From positions 1 to 60,688 of the forward strand of contig JBBRZL010000001.1 of NCBI GenBank assembly GCA_038236735.1: a stretch of DNA of 60,688 nt, written 5' to 3'. The translations under genes were made by a program, and so were the position numbers. A model generated the notes under the pieces. That model saw only the letters and a list, made by a program, of their open reading frames with translations. It was not told the DNA's origin and ran no database searches. Every line of letters starts with the position of its first letter. The first letter of the stretch is position 1. The DNA is from Holophagales bacterium. GTDB lineage: Bacteria > Acidobacteriota > Holophagae > Holophagales > Holophagaceae. Positions 1 to 11,141 of the stretch are shown here, one piece after another.

Positions 1-2
1 AC

Positions 3-1271
3 GTGGCGGATGCGGTCTGCCTGGCCACCGGCGGCTATGGCAACGTCTTCTACCTGTCCACCAATGCCAAGGGCTGCAACGCCACGGCCATCTGGCGCGC
101 CTACAAGAAGGGGGCGGCCTTTGCCAACCCCTGCTACACGCAGATCCATCCCACCTGCATTCCCGTCACCGGAGACCACCAGAGCAAGCTCACGCTCATG
201 TCCGAATCTCTCCGCAACGATGGCCGCATCTGGGTGCCGAAACGCAAGGAGGACTGCGGCAAGCCCGCCAGCCAGATCCCCGAGGAGGACCGCGACTACT
301 ACCTGGAGCGGAAGTACCCCTCCTACGGCAACCTGGCCCCCCGCGATATCTCCAGTCGCGCCGCCAAGCAGGCCTGCGACGAGGGCCGCGGCATCGGTGG
401 CACCGGCCGGGGCGTCTACCTGGATTTCGAGGATTCCATCAAGCGCCTCGGCCAGCCGAAAATCGAGGAGCGTTACGGCAACCTCTTCGAAATGTATGAG
501 CGCATCACCGACGAGAACCCCTACCAGACGCCCATGCGCATCTATCCGGCCTCGCACTACACCATGGGCGGCCTCTGGGTGGACTACAACCTCATGAGCA
601 CCATCCCCGGCCTCTTCGTGCTGGGCGAAGCCAACTTCTCCGATCATGGCGCCAACCGCCTGGGGGCCTCCGCCCTCATGCAGGGCTTGGCCGATGGCTA
701 CTTCGTGATCCCCTACACCATCGGCGGCTACCTGGCCTCCATCAAGCCCGGCAGTCGCATCAAGGTGGACGACCCGGCTGTCAAGGCCACCGAAGCGACC
801 GTCGCTGAACAGATCAACCGCCTCTTCAGCATCCAGGGCAAGCAGACGCCAGACCACTTCCACCGGGAACTGGGCAAGGTCATGTGGGAATACTCCGGCA
901 TGGGCCGCAACGAGGCCGGCCTCAAGAAGGCCCTGGAACTGATTCCCCAGATCCGCGAAGAGTTCTGGAACAACCTGCGCATCCCCGGCACCGGCGACGA
1001 GGTCAACCAGTCCCTGGAGATGGCGGGCCGCGTCGCGGACTTCCTGGAACTGGGCGAGTTGCTCTGCCTCGACGCCCTGAACCGCCGGGAGTCCTGCGGC
1101 GCCCACTTCCGTGAGGAATGGCAGACGGGCGACGGGGAAGCCCTCCGCGACGACGAGAACTTCTGCCACGTCGCCGCCTGGGAATACACGGGTGAAGGGA
1201 ATGCGCCGGTCCGCCACACCGAGCAGCTCTCCTTCGAAAGCCTCCACCTTGCCACCCGCAACTACAAGTGA
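3..1271 (+). CDS. sdhA: Succinate dehydrogenase/fumarate reductase flavoprotein subunit, 5' part outside window
   Basis: LATGG, QIHPT, SESLR, HYTMGG, HGANRLG and ESCGAH motifs; followed by the Fe-S subunit. Confidence 0.95.
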   Translation: MADAVCLATGGYGNVFYLSTNAKGCNATAIWRAYKKGAAFANPCYTQIHPTCIPVTGDHQSKLTLMSESLRNDGRIWVPKRKEDCGKPASQIPEEDRDYYLERKYPSYGNLAPRDISSRAAKQACDEGRGIGGTGRGVYLDFEDSIKRLGQPKIEERYGNLFEMYERITDENPYQTPMRIYPASHYTMGGLWVDYNLMSTIPGLFVLGEANFSDHGANRLGASALMQGLADGYFVIPYTIGGYLASIKPGSRIKVDDPAVKATEATVAEQINRLFSIQGKQTPDHFHRELGKVMWEYSGMGRNEAGLKKALELIPQIREEFWNNLRIPGTGDEVNQSLEMAGRVADFLELGELLCLDALNRRESCGAHFREEWQTGDGEALRDDENFCHVAAWEYTGEGNAPVRHTEQLSFESLHLATRNYK

Positions 1272-1282
1272 GGAACTGAGCC

Positions 1283-2068
1283 ATGTCCAAGCACCTCAAT
1301 CTCACCCTCCATGTATGGCGGCAGAAGAACGCATCCTGCGACGGCAAGTTCGTCGAGTACCCCGCTGAGAACGTCAGCCCCGACATGTCCTTCCTGGAAA
1401 TGCTGGACGTGGTCAACGAAGGCCTCATCCGCAAGGGCGAGGACCCCATCACCTTCGATCACGACTGCCGCGAAGGCATCTGCGGCACCTGCAGCATGGT
1501 GATCAACGGCCGTCCCCATGGTCCGAAGGAGCGCACCACCACCTGCCAATTGCACATGCGCAGCTTCAAGGACGGTGACAGCATCACCCTCGAGCCCTGG
1601 CGTGCCGAGGCCTTCCCCGTCATCCGCGACCTCATGGTGGACCGCAGCGCCTTCGACCGCATCATCGCGGCCGGCGGCTTCATCAGTGTGCCCACGGGTT
1701 CGCCCCAGGATGCCAACGCCCTGCCCGTCGCCAAGGAGAACGCCGAGCTCTCCATGGATGCCGCCGCCTGCATCGGTTGCGGCGCCTGCGTAGCCGCCTG
1801 CCCCAACGCCAGCGCCATGCTCTTCGTGTCGGCGAAGATCAGCCACCTGGGCCTGCTGCCCCAGGGCCAGCCCGAGCGCTATCACCGCGTCCGCGACATG
1901 ATCGCCCAGATGGACGCTGAGGCTTTCGGCACCTGCACCAACCACGGCGAGTGCGAGATCGCCTGCCCCAAGGGCATCAAGATGGAGAACATCGCCCGCA
2001 TGAATCGCGACTTCATCAAGGCCAGCCTCACCTACCGGCCCGCCGTCATTGGTGGCGGCGCGGGCTGA
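1283..2068 (+). CDS. sdhB: Succinate dehydrogenase/fumarate reductase iron-sulfur subunit
   Basis: CREGICGTC...[13 protein letters not shown] and [12 protein letters not shown] cysteine clusters; GAGG SD. Confidence 0.95.
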   Translation: MSKHLNLTLHVWRQKNASCDGKFVEYPAENVSPDMSFLEMLDVVNEGLIRKGEDPITFDHDCREGICGTCSMVINGRPHGPKERTTTCQLHMRSFKDGDSITLEPWRAEAFPVIRDLMVDRSAFDRIIAAGGFISVPTGSPQDANALPVAKENAELSMDAAACIGCGACVAACPNASAMLFVSAKISHLGLLPQGQPERYHRVRDMIAQMDAEAFGTCTNHGECEIACPKGIKMENIARMNRDFIKASLTYRPAVIGGGAG

Positions 2069-2083
2069 GGCCCGCTCACCTCA

Positions 2084-2115
2084 ACAAAACGCCCGGCCAT
2101 CGCCGGGCGTTTTGT
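2084..2115. terminator. Bidirectional intrinsic terminator
   Basis: ACAAAACGCCCGGC-catc-GCCGGGCGTTTTGT perfect inverted repeat with A/T tails, between convergent genes. Confidence 0.85.
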
Positions 2116-2141
2116 GGCTGTACGGATGGCCCTCACACGGC

Positions 2142-3494
2142 TCAGGGCTCCCGGAGCTGCTTCCTCGCCAATTCCGCCAAGGCCCCGACCGTATTGAGCT
2201 TCGGCTCCTCAAGCACGGCCTCCAGCAGCTGCCGCTGCAGCTCGCCCAGCCAGGGGCCGCCCGGGCGTCCCGTCAGACGCATGAGCGCTGCCCCATCCAG
2301 GGCCAGATCCCGGATCGACAGCGGGGGCCCGGCCGCCGCCAGGGCCTCCAGGCGGCTCAGCATGGCCTGGTGTTCCCGTTCCCTGGCCTCGACCTCCAGC
2401 CCCTTGCCCCGGTGGTCGGCCAGCTGGAAGGCAGTCCAGCGCTGCAGCTCGAGGCCATCCTCGGCCAGCTTTCGGAGGAGGCGACGGCAGGCGGCATCGC
2501 TCCAGTCCGCAGTGGGATGGGCGCCGTGGTGGCGGATCAGGGCGAGCACGTCATCGCGCAAAACATGACTGGCCTTCAGCCGTTCCAGGATGCTCCTCGC
2601 CAGGCTCAACGAGCGGGCCTCGTGGCCATGGAAATGCGCCTCGCCATCCAGCCCGAGGGTGCGCGTGCCAGGCTTGCCCACGTCGTGCAGCAGGGCAGCC
2701 CAACGCAGGCCGGGCTCCGCCGGCGCGCTGCGCACCACCTCCAGGGTGTGCGTCCACACATCGTAGCGGTGGTGGTGGTTCTGCCCGCAGCCGAGCATCG
2801 GGCGCAATTCCGGCAGCCAGAGGTCCAGCAGGCCGCTGGCTGCCAGCAACGCCAGGCCCCGGTCGGGTTCAGCTCCGCGCAGCAGCTTGTCCAGTTCCGT
2901 GAAGACGCGCTCCACGGACACTTTGTGGGCGACTTCCAGGCACCTAGGGATCGCGGCCAAAGTCGCGGCCTCTACCTCGAAACCGAGCTGAGCCGCGAAG
3001 CGGCAGGCCCGCAGAGGGCGGAGGCCATCTTCGGCAAAGCGCCGGAGTGGATCGCCCACGGCCCGGATGAGCCGCGCGGCCAGATCCGCCCGCCCGCCGA
3101 AGGGATCCACCAGGGCGCCGCCGCCCACGGGCAGGGCCATGGCGTTGATGGTGAAGTCGCGGCGCGACAGGTCTTCCTCCAGGGTCACGCCCAGGCGCAC
3201 AGACTCGGGACGCCGGCCATCCAGGTAGTCGCCATCGCTGCGGAAGGTGGTCACCTCCACGGGTCGGCCTTCGAGCAGCACTGTCACCGTGCCGTGCTGC
3301 AGCCCCGTGGGGATCACCTTCAGGCCCGCGGCGCGCGCCTTCGCCATCAGGGCCTCCGGCAACAGCCGGGTGGCCAGGTCCCAGTCGCTGTGGGGGCGCC
3401 CCAGAAGTTCATCCCGGACGGCACCGCCCACCACCACCAGTTCCGCGTCGAGACCCAGGGCCTCTTGGAGCTGAAGCAGCGGGGCCCAGGTCAA
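2142..3494 (-). CDS. cca: CCA tRNA nucleotidyltransferase with HD domain
   Basis: GGAVRD..DWD, RRDFTINA, EDGLR and ERVFTEL motifs; flexible loop YLDGRRP; HDVGKP; TTG start overlaps the GNAT stop. Confidence 0.88.
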   Translation of the reverse strand: MTWAPLLQLQEALGLDAELVVVGGAVRDELLGRPHSDWDLATRLLPEALMAKARAAGLKVIPTGLQHGTVTVLLEGRPVEVTTFRSDGDYLDGRRPESVRLGVTLEEDLSRRDFTINAMALPVGGGALVDPFGGRADLAARLIRAVGDPLRRFAEDGLRPLRACRFAAQLGFEVEAATLAAIPRCLEVAHKVSVERVFTELDKLLRGAEPDRGLALLAASGLLDLWLPELRPMLGCGQNHHHRYDVWTHTLEVVRSAPAEPGLRWAALLHDVGKPGTRTLGLDGEAHFHGHEARSLSLARSILERLKASHVLRDDVLALIRHHGAHPTADWSDAACRRLLRKLAEDGLELQRWTAFQLADHRGKGLEVEAREREHQAMLSRLEALAAAGPPLSIRDLALDGAALMRLTGRPGGPWLGELQRQLLEAVLEEPKLNTVGALAELARKQLREP

Positions 3495-3973
3495 TCCGTC
3501 TCCCCGGCAAGCCGTTGCAGGGCCTCACCCTCCACCCGGCAGGTGAGCCAGGGCCGCATGACCTTCGCCCCATGGGCTTCGTAGAACTCGATGGCCGGTG
3601 TGTTCCAGTCCAGCACCTGCCAGACGAAACGGCTCCAGCCCTCCTGCACCGCCAGGGCGGCCAGGTGCTGGAGCAGGGCCTTGCCGATGCCATGGCCCCG
3701 GTAGACCGGGCGCACGAAGAGATCCTCGAGGTAGATGCCGGGCTTGCCTTCCCAGGTGCTGAAATTCAGGAACCAGAGCGCGAAGCCCGCAGGCGCCCCG
3801 TGCCACTCGGCCATGGTCACCTTCACCAGCGGCTGGTCGGAGAAGGCGTGGCGCTGAATATCGGCCTCAGTGGCGACAGCGGCTTCTGGCTCCCGTTCGT
3901 ACTCCGCGAGTTCGCGGATGTACTGCAGGATGAGGGCGGCATCGGCGGGGACGGCGGGACGGAGAGTGAGCAT
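3491..3973 (-). CDS. GNAT N-acetyltransferase (SSAT/diamine acetyltransferase-like)
   Basis: ELAEYER, FSTWEG..IYLEDLFV, RGHGIG, VLDWN.PAI.FY. Confidence 0.9.
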   Translation of the reverse strand: MLTLRPAVPADAALILQYIRELAEYEREPEAAVATEADIQRHAFSDQPLVKVTMAEWHGAPAGFALWFLNFSTWEGKPGIYLEDLFVRPVYRGHGIGKALLQHLAALAVQEGWSRFVWQVLDWNTPAIEFYEAHGAKVMRPWLTCRVEGEALQRLAGETD

Positions 3974-3978
3974 TGGAA

Positions 3979-3985
3979 TATGCTA
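3979..3985. promoter_or_regulatory. Overlapping bidirectional -10 elements (TATGCT on +, TAGCAT on -)
   Basis: Each hexamer is followed by 6 nt and then the ATG of a divergent gene (3991 +, 3973 -); no SD in the 17-bp gap. Confidence 0.65.
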
Positions 3986-3990
3986 ACCCG

Positions 3991-4929
3991 ATGGACCAGG
4001 ACACCGCCCTCCGCCTGCACGAGGCCATGCTGCTCACCCGCCTCACCGAGGAGCGGCTGGTGAAGCTCTTCCGCCAGGGGCAGACCCTCGGCAGCATCTA
4101 CCGCAGTTTGGGCCAGGAGGCCACCGCCTGCGCCACCGCCATGGCCCTGGGGCCCGAGGACGTGATCGCCCCCCTGATCCGCAACCTGGGCTCCATGTTC
4201 GTGCGGGGCGTGAGGCCTGGGGAAGTCTTCCTCCAGTACCTGGGCCGGGCCACAGGCCCCACCGCCGGGCGGGAGCACAACAACCACTTCGGCTCTGTGG
4301 AACGGGGCATCATCGCCCCCACCTCCATGCTGGGGGCGCTCATCCCGGTGATGGCTGGGGTGGCCCTCTCCTTCCGCCAGAAGGGCGAGCGCCGCGTGGC
4401 CATGACCTGGATCGGCGACGGGGGCAGTTCCACCGGGGCCTTCTATGAAGGGCTCAACTTCGCCGTGGTCCAGAAACTCCCGCTGATCGTCGTGGGCGAA
4501 GCCAACGGCTTTGCCTTCTCCACGCCGCCGGAGCGGCAGATGGCAGGGCGGATGTCCCTGCGCTCGCAGGGGGCCTTCACCTTGAACGTGGATGGCAATG
4601 ACGCCGTGGCCGTCTATGAGGCCGCCGCCCAGGCCCGCCAACGCTGCCTCGAGGGCAAGGGGCCGGTCTTCCTGGTCTGCGACACCTTCCGCATGTCCGG
4701 CCACGCGGAGCACGACGACCAGCGCTATGTGGAACCCGAGAGCCTGGCCCTATGGGCTACCAAGGACCCTCTGCCCCGCCTGGAGGCCTGGCTGACCCAG
4801 CGGGGCTGGGCGCCGGATCCCGGCCTCGGCGCCCGGCTCGAGGCGGAGCTGTTGGCCGCGGCCGAGGCCGCCTTGGAGGCCCCCTGGCCGGAGCCGGCGA
4901 ACCTTTCCTCTGGTGTTTTTTCGATCTAA
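3991..4929 (+). CDS. TPP-dependent 2-oxoacid dehydrogenase E1 alpha subunit
   Basis: GQEA, GDG...(24)...N TPP-binding motif, [13 protein letters not shown]; ATG at 3991 chosen as start. Confidence 0.9.
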   Translation: MDQDTALRLHEAMLLTRLTEERLVKLFRQGQTLGSIYRSLGQEATACATAMALGPEDVIAPLIRNLGSMFVRGVRPGEVFLQYLGRATGPTAGREHNNHFGSVERGIIAPTSMLGALIPVMAGVALSFRQKGERRVAMTWIGDGGSSTGAFYEGLNFAVVQKLPLIVVGEANGFAFSTPPERQMAGRMSLRSQGAFTLNVDGNDAVAVYEAAAQARQRCLEGKGPVFLVCDTFRMSGHAEHDDQRYVEPESLALWATKDPLPRLEAWLTQRGWAPDPGLGARLEAELLAAAEAALEAPWPEPANLSSGVFSI

Positions 4930-4987
4930 GGATCAGCTATTCAACTGTTTCCCCTGCCTTCCGAAAAGAAGGGATCAGAGGGCACCC

Positions 4988-6586
4988 ATGAGCATCGCAT
5001 CGATGACAGACAACCTGCGGTTGCGCGGGAAGTTCAATCTGCTGCTTTCCATCCAGGTGCTGGCCCTGATGCTGGTGGGCGGAATTGGCTGGTGGACGGT
5101 GGCCGAACTCCAGAGCGGCCAGGCGGAGATCTCGGAGCAGTTGACCGAGACGGCCATGTTGTCCAGGGTGCTCAACGACATCAACCTGGTCCGGGCCGCC
5201 CACGTCAGTCTGATCGGGGCCGCAGTAGACACGGAGTACGTCACCGCCCGCGAGGGGAAGTTGAAGGAGTATTCGGAAACGCTCAGGAAGGATATGGCGG
5301 CCTTCAGGGCCCTGCCCATTTCCCCAGAGGACAAGATCCAATTGGATGAAGCCGAGAAAGCCTTCGAGAAATATGCCAAGGGCTTCCCGGCCCTGCTGGC
5401 CGAGGCCCGTGCTGATCGCAACCCGAAGACGCTCTCCCGGCTGATGGAAGGCAACATTGCCGACATCCGCGCCGCCCGTGAGCGGATCCAGAAGATCCAG
5501 ACTGCCTCCCTCGCCGATGGCGAGAAGGCCATCCAGGATGACGCCAGGCGCGCGGCCACCGGCAAGGTCTGGATCGCTGGGTTCAGCCTCGGTGCCAGCA
5601 TCGTCGGGATCCTGCTCAGCAGGCTGATCGGGACCAGGGTGGGCCGGAAAGCCCAGGACATCGAAACCGTCATGGCTGCGGTCGCCAAGGGCGACCTGAC
5701 CCACGCCCCCCGCGTCGAAGGCAAAGATGAGTTGGCCCAGGTGGCCGCTGGGTTGGGCCAGGTGATCCACGGCCTCCGCAGTGATATCCAGGCCATCTCC
5801 CAGTCCGCGGAAGGGACCGCCTCCAGCGCCACGGAATTGGCCGCGACCACAGAACAGGTGAACCGCACTACCGAGGAACTCCGCCGCAGCACGGAGCAGG
5901 AGCGCTTGGCCATGGAGCGCTCCTCGGCGGCTCTGGAGGAAATGAACGCCAATATCCAGCACGTGAAACAGAGCACCACCAGGGCTGAAGAACTGGCCCA
6001 CCGGTCCCAGGAGGCGGGTCACCAGGGCCTCCAGGCCGTTCAAGATACCGGCAAGGCCATGGAGGGTATCGAGGAGAGCTCCGCCAAGGTCAGCCGGATC
6101 ATCACCGTCATCACGGACATCGCCCGGCAGACCAACCTACTGTCCCTGAATGCCGCCATCGAGGCGGCCAAGGCGGGGGTCATGGGCAAGGGCTTTGCGG
6201 TGGTGGCCGAGGAGGTTCGCAAGTTGGCCGAACGCAGCGGCGCGGCTGCCAAGGAGATCACGGCCCTCATCCAGGAAAGCACGGACCGGGTGGGCCTCGG
6301 CGCGGACTCCGTGAAGGAGGCCTCCCGGAGTCTGGAACGCATCGAGAGTCATGTCCGGGAGAATGCCGGGCAGTTGAAGGAAATTGCCAATGCCATGGAC
6401 GAGCAGGGGCGGGCCAGCGAAGAAGTGGTCCAGGCCATGGCGTCCGCCACCCAGATGGTGGAACGCAACGCTTCGGCCGCCACCCAGCTGTCCGCCACGG
6501 TGCAGGAAACCGCCCGCACCACGGATGAACTGGCCACCCTGGCCCAACAACTCCAGACCCTCACCAGGCGCTTCAAGTTGTCATGA
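4988..6586 (+). CDS. Methyl-accepting chemotaxis protein (four-helix sensor, HAMP, signalling domain)
   Basis: Two TM helices; [38 protein letters not shown] hairpin tip. Confidence 0.95.
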   Translation: MSIASMTDNLRLRGKFNLLLSIQVLALMLVGGIGWWTVAELQSGQAEISEQLTETAMLSRVLNDINLVRAAHVSLIGAAVDTEYVTAREGKLKEYSETLRKDMAAFRALPISPEDKIQLDEAEKAFEKYAKGFPALLAEARADRNPKTLSRLMEGNIADIRAARERIQKIQTASLADGEKAIQDDARRAATGKVWIAGFSLGASIVGILLSRLIGTRVGRKAQDIETVMAAVAKGDLTHAPRVEGKDELAQVAAGLGQVIHGLRSDIQAISQSAEGTASSATELAATTEQVNRTTEELRRSTEQERLAMERSSAALEEMNANIQHVKQSTTRAEELAHRSQEAGHQGLQAVQDTGKAMEGIEESSAKVSRIITVITDIARQTNLLSLNAAIEAAKAGVMGKGFAVVAEEVRKLAERSGAAAKEITALIQESTDRVGLGADSVKEASRSLERIESHVRENAGQLKEIANAMDEQGRASEEVVQAMASATQMVERNASAATQLSATVQETARTTDELATLAQQLQTLTRRFKLS

Positions 6587-6641
6587 CGACCGCAAGATCT
6601 ACAATGATGCCCCGATCCAGGCCCGGTGCCGGTAGACTGGG

Positions 6642-7829
6642 ATGGATATGGGGGAAACCGTGTACGTTCTCGTCCTGAATGCCGGCTCATCGAGCCTCAA
6701 GTTCAACCTCTTCGACATGGGCAAGGAGACGTCCATCGCCGAGGGCATGGCGGAACGGATCGGCCTCGACGAGGCCATCCTGGGCTGTGTCCTTGCTGGC
6801 GACAAGCGCAGGGATGTGCTGCCCCTGTCCACCCACAAGGAAGCCCTGGAGGCCATCCTGGAACGGCTCCGGTCCACGGTCCTGCACGACACGCCCGTCC
6901 ATGCCGTGGGCCATCGGGTGGTCCACGGGGGACCGAAGTATGGCGATTCCGTGCTGGTGACGGAAGAAGTGGTGAGCGACATCGAGCACTTCGCCATGTA
7001 CGCGCCCCTGCACAACCCCGCCAACGCCCTGGGCATCCGCACCGCCATGGAAGCCTTTCCGGACGTGCCTCACATCGCCGTCTTCGACACGGCCTTCCAC
7101 CACAACATCCCCGACGCGGCCCGCATCTACGGCATCCCCTTCGAACTGAGTCAGAAGTACGGCATCCGGCGCTACGGCTTCCACGGCACCAGTCACGCCT
7201 ATGTTGCCGCCCGCACCGCCATCCTGGTCTGCCGCCCCCTGCGCGCCCTGAAAGTCATCACCTGCCACATTGGCAACGGCACCAGCATTTGCGCGGTACG
7301 CAATGGCCAGAGCGTGGACACCAGCATGGGCATGACGCCGCTCCAGGGCGTCATCATGGGCACCCGCTGCGGCACCATCGACCCCAGCGTGGTGGAGATG
7401 CTCATGGAGTACGAGCACCTGGATTTCAAGGCCATCACCGACCTCCTGAACAAGAAGTCAGGCCTGCTGGGCATTTCCGGCGTGTCCTCGGATTTCCGGG
7501 AAATCGAGCTGGCGGCCGAACAGGGCAACGAGCGCGCCCTCCTGGCCCGCGACCTGCTGACTTACAACGTGCGGCAGTTCATCGGTTCCTACGCAACGGT
7601 GCTCGACGGCGTGGACGCCATCACCTTCACGGCCGGCATCGGCACGCACAGCACCTACGTCCGGGCCAAGGTCTGCAGCAAGCTGGGCTTCCTGGGCGTG
7701 AAGCTCGATCCAGAAGCCAATGAGCTCGGCAAGGGGGAGCGCATCATCAGCACCCCGGATTCGCGCGTGGTTGTCACCGTCGTCCCCACCAATGAGGAGC
7801 TCATGATCGCCCGCGAGACCGTGCGCTAG
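6642..7829 (+). CDS. ackA: Acetate kinase (true start may be 6648 or GTG 6660)
   Basis: VLNAGSSSLK, GHRVVHGG, APLHN, VFDTAFH, YGFHGTSH, TNEELMIA. Confidence 0.96.
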   Translation: MDMGETVYVLVLNAGSSSLKFNLFDMGKETSIAEGMAERIGLDEAILGCVLAGDKRRDVLPLSTHKEALEAILERLRSTVLHDTPVHAVGHRVVHGGPKYGDSVLVTEEVVSDIEHFAMYAPLHNPANALGIRTAMEAFPDVPHIAVFDTAFHHNIPDAARIYGIPFELSQKYGIRRYGFHGTSHAYVAARTAILVCRPLRALKVITCHIGNGTSICAVRNGQSVDTSMGMTPLQGVIMGTRCGTIDPSVVEMLMEYEHLDFKAITDLLNKKSGLLGISGVSSDFREIELAAEQGNERALLARDLLTYNVRQFIGSYATVLDGVDAITFTAGIGTHSTYVRAKVCSKLGFLGVKLDPEANELGKGERIISTPDSRVVVTVVPTNEELMIARETVR

Positions 7830-7840
7830 TGGTTTGCCCG

Positions 7841-7879
7841 CGCACGGAAAAGGCCCCGGTTCGGGGCCTTTTCCGTGCG
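7841..7879 (+). terminator. Intrinsic terminator hairpin after ackA
   Basis: 18-bp perfect inverted repeat CGCACGGAAAAGGCCCCG-gtt-CGGGGCCTTTTCCGTGCG. Confidence 0.8.
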
Positions 7880-7972
7880 GCCAAGAAAAGAGCTTCCTAA
7901 ACGGTGTCAAACCCATCTTCGTAATCCGTCCATCAACCGGCTTTTCCGGCGTCTTTCCCATCTGGGGGTTCC

Positions 7973-9193
7973 ATGCAGAAGCGATGGGTCATCCTGTCCG
8001 TGGCCGGGGCGGCCCTGGCGGCAGGCATGTTCTTCACCCTGAGGGGAGGTGATGGCAAGGCCAAGAAGGCCGAGGCCAATACGCCTTTCCGCCTGGGCAA
8101 GGTGCAGGCTGAGGATCTGCAGGTGAGCGTCCGGGAAGTCGGCGTGGTGGACCCGCTGGTCAAGGTGGACGTCAAGTCCACGGTGTCCGGCCGCATTGTG
8201 GGCCTGAAGGTCCGGGAGGGTGCCAAGGTGCGCGCGGGCGAGCTGCTGGCAGAGGTCGAGCCGGACGTGAACCAGGCGCAGACTCTGTCGGACGTCCAGG
8301 GCAGCGTCTCCCAGGCCCGGGTGAGCTTCAAGAATGCCGAGCGTGATTTCGACCAGCAGGCCGCCCTCTTCAAGGCCGGACTCATTTCCGATCAGGCCTT
8401 CCGCTCGGCCCGCACCGTGAAGGATCTCGCGGAGGAGACCTACAAGAGCGCCCAGACCCGCTACCAGATCGTCGAAGACCGTGGCATCCCCATCAGTGGG
8501 AACGCCTCTACCCAGAAGGCCCGGGTCACCGCCCCCATGAACGGCGTGGTCATCAAGAAGGGCGTGGAACTGGGTGATACGATCACCTCCGGCGTGAGTT
8601 CCTTCAGCGCTGGCACCGTGGTGTTCACGGTGGCCGACCTGGCTTCGCTCATCGTGAAGGTCAACCTCAACGAGGTGGACATCGCCAAGGTGCAAGTGGG
8701 CCAGCCCGTGCGCATTTCGCTGGACGCCTATCCGCAGCGCGCCTTCACCGGCAAGGTCCGTTTCGTGGCCCCGGCGGCGGATCTGGTGGAGAAGATCAAG
8801 GTCTTCAAGGTGGAAGTGGCCCTGGATGAGCTCACGGATTCCTTCAAGACCGGCATGAGCGCCAACGTGGAGATCCTCGGCGAGAAGCGCGACAAGGCCG
8901 TGAGTGTGCCCCTGGAGGCCTTGCAGCGCAGGGAGGGGCAGACCGTGGTCTACCGCCTGAAGGAGAATCTGACGCCCAAGGACACCGCCAAGGCCAAGGA
9001 CGGCCTCACGGGCCGGGGCAAGTTCATCTGGCTGGCCGACCACTGGAAGGAGTACTTCGATGTGGTGCCGGTCAAGGCGGGCATCGCCACCCTCGAACGA
9101 GTCGAGATCCTCTCGGGCCTCAAGGCCAACGAGCAGGTCAGCCTCGAAGATCCCAGTAAGAAGAAGGTCGAGAAGGACGATGAAAATAATTAG
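7973..9193 (+). CDS. Efflux periplasmic adaptor (MacA-like membrane fusion protein)
   Basis: N-terminal anchor, VSGRI..L.V.EG..V..G lipoyl halves, APMNGVV, EVDIAKVQVGQ, GMSANV. Confidence 0.9.
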   Translation: MQKRWVILSVAGAALAAGMFFTLRGGDGKAKKAEANTPFRLGKVQAEDLQVSVREVGVVDPLVKVDVKSTVSGRIVGLKVREGAKVRAGELLAEVEPDVNQAQTLSDVQGSVSQARVSFKNAERDFDQQAALFKAGLISDQAFRSARTVKDLAEETYKSAQTRYQIVEDRGIPISGNASTQKARVTAPMNGVVIKKGVELGDTITSGVSSFSAGTVVFTVADLASLIVKVNLNEVDIAKVQVGQPVRISLDAYPQRAFTGKVRFVAPAADLVEKIKVFKVEVALDELTDSFKTGMSANVEILGEKRDKAVSVPLEALQRREGQTVVYRLKENLTPKDTAKAKDGLTGRGKFIWLADHWKEYFDVVPVKAGIATLERVEILSGLKANEQVSLEDPSKKKVEKDDENN

Positions 9194-9890
9194 CGGATCG
9201 TCCTCATCCAGCATCATCCAAACCCAAGGCCTGACCAAGGTCTATGGCGCCAACGGCGCGGCGGTGCATGCCCTGCGTGGCATCGACCTCACGGTGGAGA
9301 AGGGCGAGTTCGTGGCCCTCATCGGCCCTTCGGGCTCAGGCAAGTCCACCCTCATGGCCATCCTGGGCTGTCTGGACCTGCCCACCGAGGGCACCTACAC
9401 CCTGGACGGGCGGCAGGTCCAGGGCCTGACCGGCGGCGAACTGGCGCGCATCCGCAACGAGAAGGTGGGCTTCGTCTTCCAGAGCTACAATCTGCTGCCC
9501 AAGGCGAGCATCGTTCGCAACGTGGAGTTGCCCATGCTCTATGCGGGCGTGGGGCGCAGGGAACGCCGCGAGCGAGCCCTGGCCCTGCTCGAGAAGGTGG
9601 GCATCGCCGACAAGGCCGACAAGCTGCCGGCCACCCTCTCTGGCGGCCAGAAGCAGCGCGTGGCCGTGGCCCGGGCCCTGGCCAACGAGCCCGCCCTCCT
9701 GTTGGCAGATGAGCCCACGGGCGCCCTGGATTCCAGGACCGGCGCCGAAGTGCTTGACCTCTTCCGCGAACTGCATCAGCAGGGCCATACGCTCCTGCTG
9801 GTGACCCACGATCCCTCCATCGCCGCCCTGGCGGAGCGAAGGGTCGAAATTCGGGACGGATTGATCGCCATGATCGAGGGAGTGGCCTAG
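9180..9890 (+). CDS. ABC transporter ATP-binding protein (LolD/MacB type)
   Basis: GPSGSGKST, LSGGQKQRVAVARAL, LLADEPTGALD, VTHD. Confidence 0.95.
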   Translation: MKIISGSSSSSIIQTQGLTKVYGANGAAVHALRGIDLTVEKGEFVALIGPSGSGKSTLMAILGCLDLPTEGTYTLDGRQVQGLTGGELARIRNEKVGFVFQSYNLLPKASIVRNVELPMLYAGVGRRERRERALALLEKVGIADKADKLPATLSGGQKQRVAVARALANEPALLLADEPTGALDSRTGAEVLDLFRELHQQGHTLLLVTHDPSIAALAERRVEIRDGLIAMIEGVA

Positions 9891-11141
9891 ATGACCGGCT
9901 CTGGCGCCTTCCGCGAGCGCCTGCTTGGGGCCTGGGTGGAACTCCGGGAGAACCTGGGCCGCTCTGTGCTGCAGGCCGTCGGCGTGCTGCTGGGCGTGGC
10001 CTCGGTGCTGGGGGGATTCTCCATTTCCGACAGCATGCGCAGACAGTCGGACAAGATGTTCGTGAAGATGGGCGGCCTCGACAAGCTGAACATCCAGCCC
10101 CGGGCCGCCATCCGGGAGGGCCAGCCCACGGCCCTCCAACAGGCCAACCTGGGCCTGCGGGACGCAGACGCCATCGGTGGCGAGGCCCTCAAGTCGGACG
10201 CCATCCAGGGCGTGAGCCGGCAGAAGGGCGCCCGGGCCCGGGTGGTGTCCGCCTATGCGGACCAGGACCGCTCGGTGAGCGGCATCGGCGGCGACTATAT
10301 TCCCGCCAACGGCTATGGCATCGCCCAGGGGCGGAGCTTCTCCAACAGCGAGATGGAGACCGGGGCGCCGGTGGTCGTGCTGGGCACCGAGGCCGCCAAT
10401 ACTTTCTTCCCGAAGGGTGATGCCCTTGGTCAATCCCTCAAGATCGGCAACCTTCCGGTCACGGTCATCGGTACCTTCGAGGAGCGGGTCTTCCGCTTCC
10501 AGGAGGGCCAGGGCAACCAGTTCTGGTGGCGCAATCGCATCATCGCCGTGCCCGCGAACCTCGTGCAGCGCCGCATGAATGGGGACACCTACCGCCGGGT
10601 GGACCGCGTGACCTTCCGCATCCCCGACCTGTCCGTGATGAGTGGGTTCGCCCAGCAGCTCAAGAATCTCGTGACGGCCAACCACCGCCTCCAGGATGAT
10701 TTCCGCCTCGACGACGTGACCGCCCGCGTACGCCGTCGGCAGAGCCAGGGTAGCGTCTACGATCTCATCTTCATGCTCTCGGGCGTGCTGGCCCTGGTGG
10801 GCGGCGGCATCGTCAACGTGAACATCCAGATGGCCAGCCTCAAGGAGCGCGTACGTGAGGTCGGCGTGAAAATGGCCATCGGCGCCTCGGGCCGCGAGAT
10901 CTTCAAAGGCTTCATGACCGAAGCCTTGCTGCTGACCGCCCTGGGCGGCTTCGCCGGCCTGATCCTCGGCATCGGCTTCTCCTGGATCATCACCAGCAGC
11001 ATCGGCATTCCACTCTTCATGACCCCTGCCAGCTTCCTCTGGGCCTACGGCCTGGCCGCGGCCTTCGGGTTCTGCTTCGCGCTGTATCCCGCCTGGAAGG
11101 CTTCGCGGCTGTCTCCCATGGAGGCCTTGCGCTATGAGTGA
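9891..11141 (+). CDS. ABC permease (MacB/FtsX family)
   Basis: TM1, large periplasmic domain, ERVREVGVKMAIGA, YPAWKAS..SPMEALRYE. Confidence 0.92.
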   Translation: MTGSGAFRERLLGAWVELRENLGRSVLQAVGVLLGVASVLGGFSISDSMRRQSDKMFVKMGGLDKLNIQPRAAIREGQPTALQQANLGLRDADAIGGEALKSDAIQGVSRQKGARARVVSAYADQDRSVSGIGGDYIPANGYGIAQGRSFSNSEMETGAPVVVLGTEAANTFFPKGDALGQSLKIGNLPVTVIGTFEERVFRFQEGQGNQFWWRNRIIAVPANLVQRRMNGDTYRRVDRVTFRIPDLSVMSGFAQQLKNLVTANHRLQDDFRLDDVTARVRRRQSQGSVYDLIFMLSGVLALVGGGIVNVNIQMASLKERVREVGVKMAIGASGREIFKGFMTEALLLTALGGFAGLILGIGFSWIITSSIGIPLFMTPASFLWAYGLAAAFGFCFALYPAWKASRLSPMEALRYE

